A stretch of 64,000 bases of DNA from Scyliorhinus canicula (lineage: Eukaryota), in contig NC_052152.1 in NCBI RefSeq assembly GCF_902713615.1, positions 116,094,033 through 116,158,032 of the forward strand, given 5' to 3'. The notes under the pieces were generated by a model. That model was given only the letters and a program-made list of their open reading frames with translations, was not told the DNA's origin and ran no database searches. Shown in pieces: positions 37,580-49,954 of this stretch. Position 1 is the stretch's first letter; every line of letters starts with the position of its first letter. The position numbers were made by a program, and so were the translations under genes.

Positions 37580-37915
37580 GAACAACATCTAGGCACAGCA
37601 CTGGCGTGGGTGGTCAAAGTGAATGAACCGATCATAATGCTGGGGGAAAGTAGACAGTTTCTGACGCCAGAAGGGCTCAATGGGAGAGCTTACTACTCCC
37701 CACAAATAGGTGGATTTCCATAGTTAGTGAAACAACAGAGTGGGGCATCAGTATTGAGGAAAAGGACCATGTATGTGCTGTGCATATGGGAGATGAAGAA
37801 GTGAATAGGGTCAGAGAAGAGCCATTAGAGGAGGCCGATGTGACCCTGTTTGTTGACGGGTTACAGCAGAGTGAATGGCGAACCAAGTACAGGATGGGCA
37901 ATAGTTGAACCAGGC
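37580..37915 (+). mobile_element. Degenerate retroviral-type pol fragment (RT connection/RNase H)
   Basis: SDARRAQWESLLL ... DHVCAV...REEPLEEADVTLFVDG/..NGEPSTGWAIVE, resembling the ERV PL..AD..LFxDGS RNase H start; frameshifted. Confidence 0.6.
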
Positions 37916-38071
37916 AGGACGAAATTAAAAGTGGAATTTATTTAATGGGTAACGAGAACAACGATGATGAAAAAAAAGACATTTAAAGGGATTTTAAGGC
38001 AACAATTAAAAAAAACATACACACAGTTTAGGTGGTTTCTATAGATACAAGAACAAAGTTTCTTTTGAAGA

Positions 38072-39650
38072 AGATAATATTGCCACAACTGCATAAACAC
38101 AGCTGGATAATGTGTTGTTCCTCGTGTCTTAATAAAGCTCGTAGTCTCAAATGTGGAAGATGCTTTATTGTGAATTCGTTCTCTCTTCAGAGCTTAACTT
38201 ACGGCTACCTCAAATGCTGCCTGCTTATCTGTGTCCTGCTACGAGTTCTGCCTTCCGTAAAGTGTGTCCTCACTTGTAAGTTAAGTTCTGAAGAGAGAAT
38301 GAATTCACAATAAAGCATCTTCTCCACATTTGAGACTACGAGCTTTATTAAGACACGAGGAACAACACATGGTACCAGGAGTGCCTTCAGATGCTTACTA
38401 CAGGACAACTCAGCTGCAGACACAAAAAGAACAAAATGGCATGGAAATCTCCCACTGGACATTCGACTTGGGAAGACATCGCTGATTCGAGGATGTGATA
38501 TGGATACCCACCTCAGTTGGACACGACTGGCAATGTAAGAAATGTCTGGAAAATGTTTAAACAATTGTTCGATTTATATATCATAGCTAATGATGCAGCA
38601 GCAGCCTCAGACGAAATTAAAATAGCAATGCTCATCGCAGGACATGAAGCTAGGAAAGTATATAATGGATTTAAATACTCAAAAGATGAAGACAGCAACA
38701 TGTGTTGTTCCTCATGCCTTAATAAAGCTCGTAGTCTCAAATGTGGAGAAGATGCTTTATTGTGAATTTGTTCTCTCTTCAGAGCTTAACTTACGGCTAC
38801 CTCAAATGCTGCCTGCTTGTGTGTCTGTGTCCTGCTACGAGTTCTGCCTTCCGTGAAGTGTGTCCTCACTTCCTGTCCCGGTGTATTTATAGCTCCCCCA
38901 TGCTCCCTCTAGTGCTTGCTCAGTTGTATTGCATCTACTCAGATCTACGATCACCACAGATAATATTGCAGAGACTGTATAAGCAGAGCTGGATAATATT
39001 GCAGAGACTGTATAAGTACAGCTGGATAATATTGCAGGGACTGTATAAACACAGTTGGATAATGTTGCAGGACTGGATATTCACAGCTGGGTAATATTGA
39101 AGAGACTGTATAAACACAGCTGGGTAATATTGCAGGGACTGCATAAACACAGTTGGATAATATTGCTGGGACTGCATAAACACAGTTGGATAATATTGCT
39201 GGGACTGCATAAACACAGTTGGATAATATTGCAGGGACTATATAAACACAGCTGGACAATATTATAGGGACTGTATAAACAGATGGAGAATATTGCAGGG
39301 ACTACATAAACGCAGCTGGACAATATTACAGGGACTGTACAAACAGCTGGAGAATATTGCAGGGGCTATGAACCCAGCTGGGTAATATTGCAAGGACTGG
39401 ATATTCACAGCTGGATAATATTGAAGAGACTGTATGAACACAGCTGGACAATATTACATGGAATGTATATATACATCTGGGTAATATTGCAAGGACTATA
39501 TATTCACAGTTGGATAATATTGCGGGGTCTGAATATTCACAGCTGGATAATATTGCAGGGACTGTATAAACACAGCTGAATAATATTGTAGAGACTAACA
39601 CAGCTGGGTAATATTGCAGGGACTGTATAAATACAGCTGGATAATATTAT
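38072..39650. repeat. 33-bp minisatellite (GATAATATTGCAGGGACTGTATAAACACAGCTG), interrupted by an LTR insertion at 38111-38958
   Basis: About 20 degenerate units at 38959-39650, plus one unit left of the insertion. Confidence 0.9.
38111..38958. mobile_element. Rearranged Gypsy-type LTR element: partial LTR(-), LTR 3' end(+)-PBS-gag start, full LTR(-); 5-bp TSD GATAA
   Basis: GATAA at 38106-38110 and 38959-38963; TG...CA ends; PBS TGGTACCAGGAGTG at 38370; gag-like PPQLDTTGNVRNVWKMFKQLFDLYIIA. Confidence 0.85.
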
Positions 39651-39926
39651 ACATACTGTGACACTGTGGCTGTGCCCGTGCCCAAACCAAACCTGAGCTA
39701 TGCTGTCGTCCACACACAACTCCATGCAGGAGTAGTCAGAGCAAACCTTTCCAATATTTTCTAGCAGGAGCATTGACTCCACTGGTTGTTGCCCGAACTG
39801 ATAGCACAGCACAGAGTGCGCACATGTTTGTGCTGTTAAGATTCGGCCCCTGATCACGAGAGCATGGAGTCCAAGAGAGCTCGAGCAAAGTATACAATGG
39901 TGATTCTGTCTTGTGCAAATTCTCAC

Positions 39927-40008
39927 CTCCTGTTGTTCTTCCAGCTGTCACCTCAAGAATCACGTTGCTATCATCATGTTCCTCCTTTTGCACCAAAGTC
40001 TGAAGGAG
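39927..40008 (-). CDS. MTRF1: MTRF1 coding exon 3 (82 nt)
   Basis: LLQTLVQKEEHDDSNVILEVTAGRTTGG, including the mtRF1-specific RT insertion; AG/GT boundaries. Confidence 0.93.
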
Positions 40009-40766
40009 CTGAAGATGTAGAAAAAGAAGCAATTTAAGCTGCATGTTGAAAACACTGCTGCCCTGCAGTTTCTTGTTTTCAGGAAGATATACTTTCACAA
40101 ATGTTCCTTAAATATCGTACTCCAAGGGCGGCATGGTGGCACATTGGTTAGCACTGTTGCCTCACGACACTGAGGACCTGGGTTCAATCCCAGCCCCGGG
40201 TCACTGTCCATGGGGAGTTTGCACATTCTCCCCGTGTCTACGTGGATCTCACCCCCCACAACCCAGAGTAGGTGGATTGACCATGTACAATTGCCCCTTA
40301 ATTGGAAAAAAAAATAATTGGGTACTCTAAATTTATTTTTTTAAATATCATACTCCAGTCACTACACATACTCCTCAGCCTCCAGCCAACAGACTTCACA
40401 GCAACATGCTCACTATTAATCAGCAGCAAATATGAACATACAAGAAAGAGCAGGGAAATAAATTCCAAGATGCTAGCGGTTTGAGCTTTACGAGAACAGT
40501 CAATGATCCCTAGGTGCTGTCCAGAGGACAGTGCTGACCCAAATGCATTGAACAAAGAACAAAGTGGGCAGCACAGTAGCACAAGTGGATAGCACTGTGG
40601 CTTCACAGCGCCAGGGTCCCAGGTTCGATTCCCCGCTGGGTCACTGTCTGTGCGGAGTCTGCACGTTCTCCCTGCATCTGCATGTGTTTTCTCCGGGTAC
40701 TCCGGTGTCCTCCCACTGTCCAAAGACATACAGGTTAGGTGGATTTGCCATGCTAAATTGTCCTTA

Positions 40767-42620
40767 GAACATAGAACATAGAACGATACAGCGCAGTACA
40801 GGCCCTTCGGCCCTCGATGTTGCACCAACATGGAAAAAACTACAGGCCATCTAACCTACACTATGCCCTTATCATCCATATGCTTATCCAATAAACTTTT
40901 AAATGCCCTCAATGTTGGCGAGTTCACTACTGTTGCTGGTAGGGCAGTCCACGGCCTCACCACTCTTTGCGTAAAAAACCCACCTCTGACCTCTGTCCTA
41001 TATCTATTACCCCTCAATTTAAGGCTATGTCCCCTCATGCTAGCCACCTCCATCCGCGGGAGAAGGCTCTCGCTGTCCACCCTATCTAACCCTCTGATCA
41101 TTTTGTATGCCTCTATTAAGTCACCTCTTAACCTTCTTCTCTCTAACGAAAACAACCTCAAGTCCAAAACAACCTTAGTACCCAAAAAGGTTAGGAGGGG
41201 TTATTGGGTTACGGAGATAGGGTGGAAGTGAGGACTTAAGTAGATCGGTGCAGACTCGATGGGCCGAATGGCCTCCTTCTGCACTGTATGTTCTATGTTC
41301 TAAAGAAAAGTACAGCACAGGAACAGGCCCTTCAGCCTTCCAAGCCTGTGCCGACCATGCTGCCCGTCTAAACTAAAATCTTCTACACTTCTGGGGTCCT
41401 TATCCCTCTATTCCCATCCTATTCATGTATTTGTCAAGATGCCCCTTAAACGTCACTATCATCCCTGTTTCCACCACCTCCTCCAGCAGCAAGTTCCAGG
41501 CACCCACTGTGTAAAAGACTTGCCTCGTACATCTCCTCTAAACCTTGCCCCTCGCACCTTAAACCTATGCCCCCTAGTAATTGACCCCTCTACCCTGGGA
41601 AAAAGTCTGACTATCCACTCTGTCTATGCCTCTCATAATTTTGTAGACCTCTATCAGATCGCCCCTCAACCTCCATCGTTCCAGTGAGAACAAACCAAGT
41701 TTATTCAACTTCTCATCATAGCCAACGTTCTCCATACCAGGCAACATCCTGGTAAATCTCTTCTGCACCCTCTCTAAAGCCTTCACATCCTCTGGTAGTG
41801 TGGTGACCAGAATTGAGCACTATACTCCAAGTGTGGCCTAACTAAGGTTCTATATTGCTGCTGTGACCCGTTATGCCAGGGCCGGGCAAACTGCAGCTTA
41901 CGGCCTCATCTGGCCCCTGGTAACTCTTTATCCAACCCTCAAATCGCATCATGTTTGAACAATTGTTTCAGTTCTTGTGCGGAGAATCGAAGATTTTGAG
42001 AGGAGACAGAAATCAGATTATCTGCGTTTATCTGTAAGGTGTAGAGCTGCGTTTGATGAATTGCCACACAGTATGGTCCAAGGTAACCGATGAGTGACTG
42101 CATGTCATGTGAGAGGAGGGAAGTGCACATGGAGCAGCAGCGAGAGCAGCACAAAGATTCAAAATGTGAGTAACCCTCTGATTGGAGGCAGCAGGTGCCA
42201 GTGGTTAGCACTGCTGCCTCATTGGAACGACGGAGGTTGAGGGGCAACCTGATAGAGGTCTACAAAATTATGAAGGGTGTAGACAGGGTGGATAGTCAGA
42301 GGCTTTTCCCCAGGGTCGAGGGGTCAATTACTAGGGGGCATTAGGTTTAAGGTGCGAGGGGCAAGGTTTAGAGGAGATGTACAAGGCAAGTTTTTTTACA
42401 CAGAGGGTAGTGGGTGCCTGGAACTCGCTGCCGGAGGAGGTGGTGGAAGCAGGGATGATAGTGACGTTTAAGGGGCATCTTGACAAATATATGAATAGGA
42501 TGGGAATAGAGGGATATGGACCCCGGAAGTGTAGAAGATTTTAGTTTAGACGGGCAGCATGGTCGGCAAAGGCTTGGAGGGCCAAAGGGCCTATTCCTGT
42601 GCTGTACTTTTCTTTGTTCG
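40767..42620. mobile_element. Cluster of CR1 3' fragments (40767-41161 -, 41303-41860 -, 42223-42616 +) nested in SINEs
   Basis: LFSLERRRLRGDLIE motifs and CR1 tails; the interrupted SINE halves rejoin. Confidence 0.8.
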
Positions 42621-44628
42621 ATCCTGGCCCCGGGTCACTCTCCGTGTGGAGTTTGCACATTCTCCCCATGTCTGCCACGGGTCTCACCCCCACAACCCAA
42701 AGATATGCAGGGTAGGTAGATTGATTATGCAAAATTGCTCCTTAATGGGGGAAAAAACCCTCTGATTGTATCCTGATTCATGCTGAGTTTGTGCTGAGCA
42801 CTGGAACCAATTTAACTGAAGTTCTGAAGTGGCAGTGAGTATAGAATAGGTGGGTTATTGAGAGATCCTCTGCCTATTATTATCAAATATTTTCACTGAT
42901 TTGGCTACAAACATATATGAGGTTGTGTTAAAATATATTTAAATAGATGAGTGTTAGTACAAGATTTGTTTCTTATCTATAATTGTTAATTTAAATACAC
43001 ATTTGAGGTGTTACTGGTTCAGGACCCAATATAGCTCAGCGAACACAGGGGTGAATGGGACTTTGCTGCCCTTATCCTAACTCGCACTGAGTTTTGGATG
43101 AGCTTATTTTTTCGAATTTATGATCGTATAGAGAATGGAAGACTAGCCAGGAGGTAATGAAGACACAAATTAAGGTTTTAGCAACAGATGAACTGAATTA
43201 GTAGCAGAATGAGGTAGAGATGGAGATGGAAGTAGGAAACACTGGCAAAAGTTGAAACATAGACTCATAAGAATTATGATCAGGAGTAGACCATTCAGCC
43301 CCTCGAACCTGCTCTGCCATTCAATAAGATCATGGCTGATTTGACTGCAGCCTCAACTCGCCTGCCTGTCCCCAGGGACACTTGACTCCCTTGTCAATCA
43401 AAAATCTATTTAACTCAATCTTGAATATGTTCAATGATGCAGCCTCCACTGCACTCTAGGAAACAGAATTTCAAAGATTAACAACACTCTGATGGAAGAA
43501 ATTTTTTTCATCTCCATTTGAAATAAAAGACCACTTATTCTGAAACGATGACTCCTAGTTCAAGGTTACCTCAGAAGAAGAAACATCTTCTCCGCACTTA
43601 CCCTGTCAAGCCCCCTCAGAATCTTATATGTTTCAATAAGATCACCTCTTATTCCTCTAAACCCAATGAGTATAGGGAAATCTGCTCAACCTTTCCTCAT
43701 AAGACAATCCCCTTCAGCCCAGGAATCAGCCTGCTGAACCTCCTCTGCTTCCAAACCAGGAATATTATTCCTAAAATAAGGAGACCAAAACTGGACACTA
43801 CTCTTGATGCTGTCTGACCAATGTTCTCTACAGCTGTGGTAAGACCTCCCTACTTTTCTACTCCATGCCCTGAGAATGGAAGCCAACATTCCACTTGCTT
43901 TCCCAATTACTTGCTGTAGCTGCATGATAACCTTTTGTAATTCATGTACAAGGATACCAAGATCCCTCTGTACTGGGGGAGGTTGTGGGGTAATGGTATT
44001 GCGATCCAGTTAATGTTCTGGGACCTGGGTTTGAATCCCACCAATCCCCTTTTCCATCTCTTTTTTTAAAGGGCAATTTAGCATGGCCAATCCATCTTAT
44101 TTTTTTTGAAAGGGGCAATTTAGCATGGCCAATCCACCTAACCTGCACACCTTTGGACTCATCGTCCACTTTCTCGCCCTTTCCCCATAACCCTTGATTC
44201 CCTTGCTGATCAAGAATCTATCTATCTCAGCCTTGAATATACACAAGGATTCTTCCCCCTCAGCTCTCTGTGGCAATGAGTTCCAAACACTCACTACCCT
44301 CAGAGAAGAAATTCCACCTCATCTCAGTCTTAAATTGACACCCCTTTATTCCGAGACTCTGTCCGTGAGGGGAAACATCTTGGGATCAAATATGACACCA
44401 AGGTCACAAAGAATGTGGTTCAGCCTCAGCCAGAAGTGAGAGAGAAGGATGGCGTCAGGGGCTAGACAACAGAGATGGTGGGGGTCAAAGGAAGACAATT
44501 GTTTCAGTTTTCCCAACCTTTAGTTGGAGGAAATTTCTGCTGCTCCAGTACCGGATGTCAGACAGGCAGTGCACCAAACTATTTGTCCCTCTTTGTGAGG
44601 AATTCCTAAGTAGCACAGTTACACTCAC

Positions 44629-44720
44629 TTTTCCCTGTAAAGCTGCAATGATTTTGCTGAGCTGCTGCTGTTCTTCAAGAACCAATGGTATCAGCTCCCG
44701 GTCATCTCTGGCCTTCAGAC
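44629..44720 (-). CDS. MTRF1: MTRF1 coding exon 2 (92 nt)
   Basis: tttcag|GT CTG AAG...SLKARDDRELIPLVLEEQQQLSKIIAALQGK|GTGAGT; phases fit both neighbouring exons. Confidence 0.85.
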
Positions 44721-45989
44721 CTGAAAGTAAGTAGGCTAAAAATGTAAAAATAATGGTTGTAAAACTGAAATGAAATTAAAATATTTTGTTGTTTAATTTC
44801 AGTGTGTAATGGTTTTGGCCGCTCACAAGTAGGTCATGTTAAGTTAAGTATCAAGTGGTCAGCACTGGAATCAACCAAACAACCTTTCCATCTCATCTAC
44901 TTCAGCTTCACTTGATTACTCCCATCACCACCATTCTTGGCTTTTAAATTGAATTTGACAGCACCAAACCACGCTATTCAGTCGACAAGTCATTTTAGCA
45001 TTGAAGCTTCCTTCCTCCCTTTGTCATCTCCCTCTCTCAAACTATCATTCCAGTCCTTTATCCTTCTTGTACGTATCTAGAACCATAGAATACCTACAGT
45101 GCAGAAGGTGGCCATTTGACCCATTAAGTGCACTGACCCTCTGAAAGGGCACCCTACCCAGGTGACCCTCCCACCCAACCCCACCTAACCTACACATTAC
45201 ATCCCTGGACACTAAGGGGCAATTTCTTCTAATAATAATAGTTATTGTCACAAGTAGGCTTACATTAACACTGCAATGAAGTTACTGTGAAAAGCCCCTA
45301 GTCGCCACATTCCGCCGCCTGTTCGGGTACACAGAGGGTATTCTCAGCCTGTACGGGAATTGAACCCGCGCTGCTGGACTTGTTCTGCATCACAAACCAG
45401 CTGTCTAGCCCACTGAACTAAATAGCCTCGGCTCACTGTTCCCTTTTCGAGAGGGGGTTTGGGCTTTGACTTTTTGGCAGTTAGTCACCAACAATTTGTA
45501 ATTATATTGAGTCTCCAATGAAGATAAGGCCTCAAGAGTTCCCAGAGACGAAAAGGGACACTGAGCGCCCTGGGAAATGAAGGGGAAATGACCAAAAGCA
45601 TGGCTGGAAAACAAAAGATAAATCCGGAGAATATTTTCAAAAATAGAAAGAGGTAATAAAGGTAGAGTGCTTCAGGAAGGGAGTACCTGAGAGAAAAGCC
45701 AAGAGGCTGAAGCCTCTGGTGCTGATGGTGGAGGGGCGGGCTTTCGGGGACAGTGAGGGGGAATGCATCCATGAACAGGGATCACATTCTGGGATATAAA
45801 ACGAGTGGAAAATGCCCAGTTTTTCTCCTTACTAAAAATATAATTAATTTGGGCTTTGCTTTCTCTGTCCACGGAGTTACACACAACCGGCAGTATAACT
45901 TAGCACTGCTGTCCCCAGGCTGGTACCAATCAACAGTATAAAAGCACCATGAGGTCACAAAGAGATATAGATACCTATAATATAAACTT

Positions 45990-47200
45990 GCATCCTTTTA
46001 AGACCTTATATAATCTCAAGATCTCTCAAAGCATCTTACAGCCAATGAAATATCTTTAAAGCAGAGTCACTCTTATATTGAGAAATGCAGCAGCCAAATT
46101 GTGCCCAGTAAGCTCCCACAAACAGCAATGTAATTAGGATTGTATAATCTGTTATATGTTGTTGAAAAATAAATTCAGTTCAGAGTTCTCAAATTAACTG
46201 GACCAACTATTTAAATACAATGGCTACTAGTGCAGGTCACAGGGAATTCTGTGTTGATTCCCCAAAGCCTGTCCACCACCTACAATGTGCAAGTCAGGAG
46301 TGTGATGGAATAGTCCCCACTTTCCTGGATGAGTGCAATACTTAAGAAGCTCAACACCATCCAGGTCAAAGCAGCTCTGCTTGATCAGCTCCCCATTCAC
46401 CACTTCCATCTTTCACTCCCTCCACCACTGACCACAGTAGCAGCCGTGTGTACCATCTACACTGCAGCAATTCACCCAAGCTCCTTCGATATCACATTCC
46501 AAATCCGTGACCTCTATCATATAGAAGGACAGCAGATACATGGGATCACCACCACCTGCAAGTTCCCCTTCAAGTCACAAACCATCCTGACTTGGAAATA
46601 TATCGCCGTTCCTTCACTGTCGTTGGGTCCAAATCCTGGAACTCCTTCCCTAACAGTGCTGTGGGTGGACCTGTACCACATGGACTGCAGCGGTTCAAGG
46701 CAGAAGCTCCCCACCACTTTCTCAAGGGCAATTAGGGATGGGCAATAAATACTGGCCTAGCCAGAGGCTCCTCCATCCCATGAATGAATAAAATAAATAT
46801 TTAGCATAAATATTTCGAAAAATAGTGTGGTAAAACGAACAAGGAAGCGAAGATGATCAATGATTTTGAAAGGAAATTGGATGGGTACTTGAAGGAAATA
46901 CACTTGCCGAGTTATGGGGACCGAGCGTAGGAATGGATCTGACTGGATTGTGCCATGAGGAGACGGCACAGGCTCAATGGGCTGAAGACCCTTCTTCTGT
47001 GCTATAGGACAAAGGGGAGATTTCCCTGCTCTATTTTGAAATGGCTCAATGGGAAGCTTAACATCCAAGAGGACTGATGTAGCCCAGTTTAACATTTCAT
47101 CTGAAACACAGCATCTCTGACAGTGCAGCGCTCCCTCAGTACTACATAGCATTGTTAGCCTTGATTCTCTGCTCAAGTCTCTGGTGTGGGATGCGATGAT
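45990..47200 (-). mobile_element. Deu-domain SINE (SacSINE1-like) split into 45990-46170 and 47010-47200 by later insertions
   Basis: ACAGCCAATGAA...GCAGCCAAATTGTG..CCCACAAACAGCAATG and GTTTAAC.T.TCATC.GAAA..CAGCA.CTCTGACAGTGCAGC.CTCCCTCAGTACT. Confidence 0.65.
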
Positions 47201-47552
47201 ATGAGAGATGTGAAATATTGCCTATATTTTTATGCGTTTGATCACAAAGCTGTGGCACCTTCACAGAATGCTTGTTAGGATCTAGCTCAACGTTCTGTGC
47301 ATTGGGGAAGACTGCGCCTGATTTTAATTGTGCCACAAATACTTCAGGACCTTGGCATGGAGTCAGTTTAAATCTTCAGTTTTACAGCTTATTCTTAGGA
47401 TTTATTTATCAATGGGCATTTTGGGGCGGCATGGTAGTGCAGTGGTTAGCACTGCTGCCTGCGGCGCTGAGGACCCGGATTCGATCCCGGCCCTGGGTCA
47501 CCATCCGTGTGGAGTTTGCACATTCTCTGTGTGTCTGCGTGGGTTTCACCCC

Positions 47553-48029
47553 TGTGGTGATGTGCATCACTGTAGATACACAAGGGGTTAATGTAAATAC
47601 ACGTAGACTAGCTAGACACTAGAGGGCGCACCATTGACATGACACACAGACACTCAACCAATAGGTCAGTAAGATAGGACACGACCAATAGGCATTCACG
47701 ATGCACACAGTGGTGACACTACCACAGGGGGGCATTACACCAACCCATATATAAAGGACACAGCACACATGATCTTCCTCTTTCCAGTGGAGACACTCAG
47801 TGAGTACAGACACAGGGTTGATTCAACATCAGACCCGCCACGTGGATTGTAGCAGACTGGTTCGTCAGTCTGAGTAGCTATAGAAGGATTAACAGTAGTG
47901 GCGAACCCGAGTAGCAGAATCGTAAATAGTTCAATAAACGTGTTGAAGTTATCTCCACGTCTGAACCTTCCTTTGTCAGAGTGCACATCAAGGAAGCCGC
48001 TTATGCTACGCCAAGAGCATAACAAGACA
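47553..48029 (+). mobile_element. Solo LTR (477 bp) inserted in a SINE, TSD ACCCC
   Basis: ACCCC|TGTGG...GACA|ACCCC; TATATAAA ~47748, AATAAA ~47933; the SINE resumes on the far side. Confidence 0.88.
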
Positions 48030-49314
48030 ACCCCCACAACCTAAAGATGTGCAGGTTCGGTGGATTGGCCATGCTAAATTGCCCCTTAATTGGAAAAAAA
48101 TAATTGGGTACTCTAAATTATTATTTTTTTAATCAATGGGGATTTTGGGTACCCTTTTGAAATTCACAAAGATTCAACCAAACTATGGCCATGGTATTGG
48201 TCAAATTTGTAGTTTCACAGAGGGAGGAACATGAGAGCTTGTGGGAAATGCTGCCCTCTCATTTTTTCTGAAGTGCAACTATGCTACACTGTCAAGCTTT
48301 TAACATTGTAGCAAACGGACACATTAACGGACACTTTCCCCAACGAGGATGTTTGATGCTGACGTTAGGTTTAATCAGCAGATTGTTGTTGCATTCGCCA
48401 GCGCTGATATCCCACGTCTCTGATGGGGATTGGAGTTACTTTATACTGTTTGAACCCCAGTGTTGGCATCACCTTTAACACTCAGAATTTCAAACTAAAC
48501 CAAGGTCGCAGCCAGTGGGCAGCACGGTAGCATAATGGTTAGCACAATTGCTTCACAGCTCCAGGGTCCCAGGTTCGATTCCCGGCTTGGATCACTGTTT
48601 GTGCGGAGTCTGCACATTCTCCCGTGTGTGGGGGGTTTCCTCCGGGTGCTCCGGTTTCCTCCCACAGTCCAAAGATGTGCAGGCTAGGTGGATTGGCCAT
48701 GCTAAATTGCCCTTAGTGTCCAAAATTGCCCTTAATGTTGGGTGGGGTTACTGGGTTATGGGGATAGGGTGGAGGTGTGGACCTTGGGTAGGGTGCTTTT
48801 TCCAAGAGCCGGTGCAGACTTGATGGGCCGAATGGCCTCCTTCTTCACTTTAAATTCTATGTACTGTTGGTTTTGTCCTAGCTTCCCTCTCTATTGGCCC
48901 TCACTTCTCTTCTCCAGGAAGTGAGTGAATCTGGATTTCATGGCACTAACCCACAATCCATGCTATACCCTGGAGCCCTAACGTCCTTCTGCGAATACTA
49001 CCATCAACTGTTAACTTAGAATTTCCAGCACAGAACCAGGCCATTCAGCCCACCTGCTCCATGTCAGTGTTTATGCTCCATTCTAGCCTCCTCCCAGCTG
49101 AGTTCATTTCACCCTATCAGTATATCCCTCAGTCTTTTATCCCTCATTTAGTTTATTAGCGCGTCCCTCCTCAATGTGATGGTGGGTTCCACTCACCCCC
49201 CCCCCCCCCCCTCCCCCAACAACACAAGTTGGCTATAAACAGCAGCCAATTACTTATTGAAGGTCTCCCATTAAATGGTTACACAAAATGCCAAAGATTG
49301 ACAGAGGACATGAA

Positions 49315-49507
49315 GGGCGGGATTCTCCAGTTCCCCAGCCTCGTGCTTCTCGGTGGCGCGCCGTTCGCTGGCAGCGGGATTCTCTACTCGCGCCGCTTGT
49401 CAATGGGATTTCCCACTGAAACCACCCCACGCCGCCGGGAAACCCACAGGCGGAGCTGCCCTGCCGGCAGGAACAGACAATCCCAACGGCCGGACAATTC
49501 CAGCCGC
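49315..49507. mobile_element. Harbinger-type MITE
   Basis: Starts GGGCGGGATTCTCC (same TIR as 22436) and ends GACAATTCCAGCC; GC-rich. Confidence 0.7.
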
Positions 49508-49545
49508 GGTTTCAAGGCAAAATGTAAAAGTGGAACTTTGATTAC

Positions 49546-49954
49546 TGTTGCACATTGATTCCAACTCGAACAAGTCTTTCTCTGATGACTGCAACTCTTC
49601 CAACAGCGAAGCAAGTGGAGCCAGCTCAACGTGACGTCGACTTGACTTTCCATCTTCCTCATGTGGCTGGATGCTACTAAGCCTGTTGCTAATTCCTTTG
49701 TATTCTTCCTTCAAGTCCTCAATGTACTTCCTCACAGCTTCCAGCCGAAGGAGCTCACCAAAATAATTATGACAATGCCTCTCTGACTGTTGCCTATGAA
49801 TGGCATTCGGCACATTTCCAGGGAGGCACGATGACCAAAGTCTGGCTGTCGGTCTGCGTGTCAGCCTCAGCCTGCAGAAACGGCTACAGGTCCTTCCACG
49901 GTAACTCTGCCTCCGGGCTATGTTGACAATGAACCAATCGAGTCCACGTTTCAT
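49546..49954 (-). CDS. MTRF1: Mitochondrial peptide chain release factor 1, first coding exon (targeting peptide + N-domain)
   Basis: MKRGLDWF... Arg-rich N-terminus, then RRHVELAPLA...ELESMCN; donor AAC A|GTAATC at 49546/49545. Confidence 0.88.

Noticed and set aside
38959-39650. Regular 33-bp repeats resembling a CRISPR array
   Set aside because: Units are contiguous with no unique spacers, no cas genes, and the context is vertebrate; this is a minisatellite
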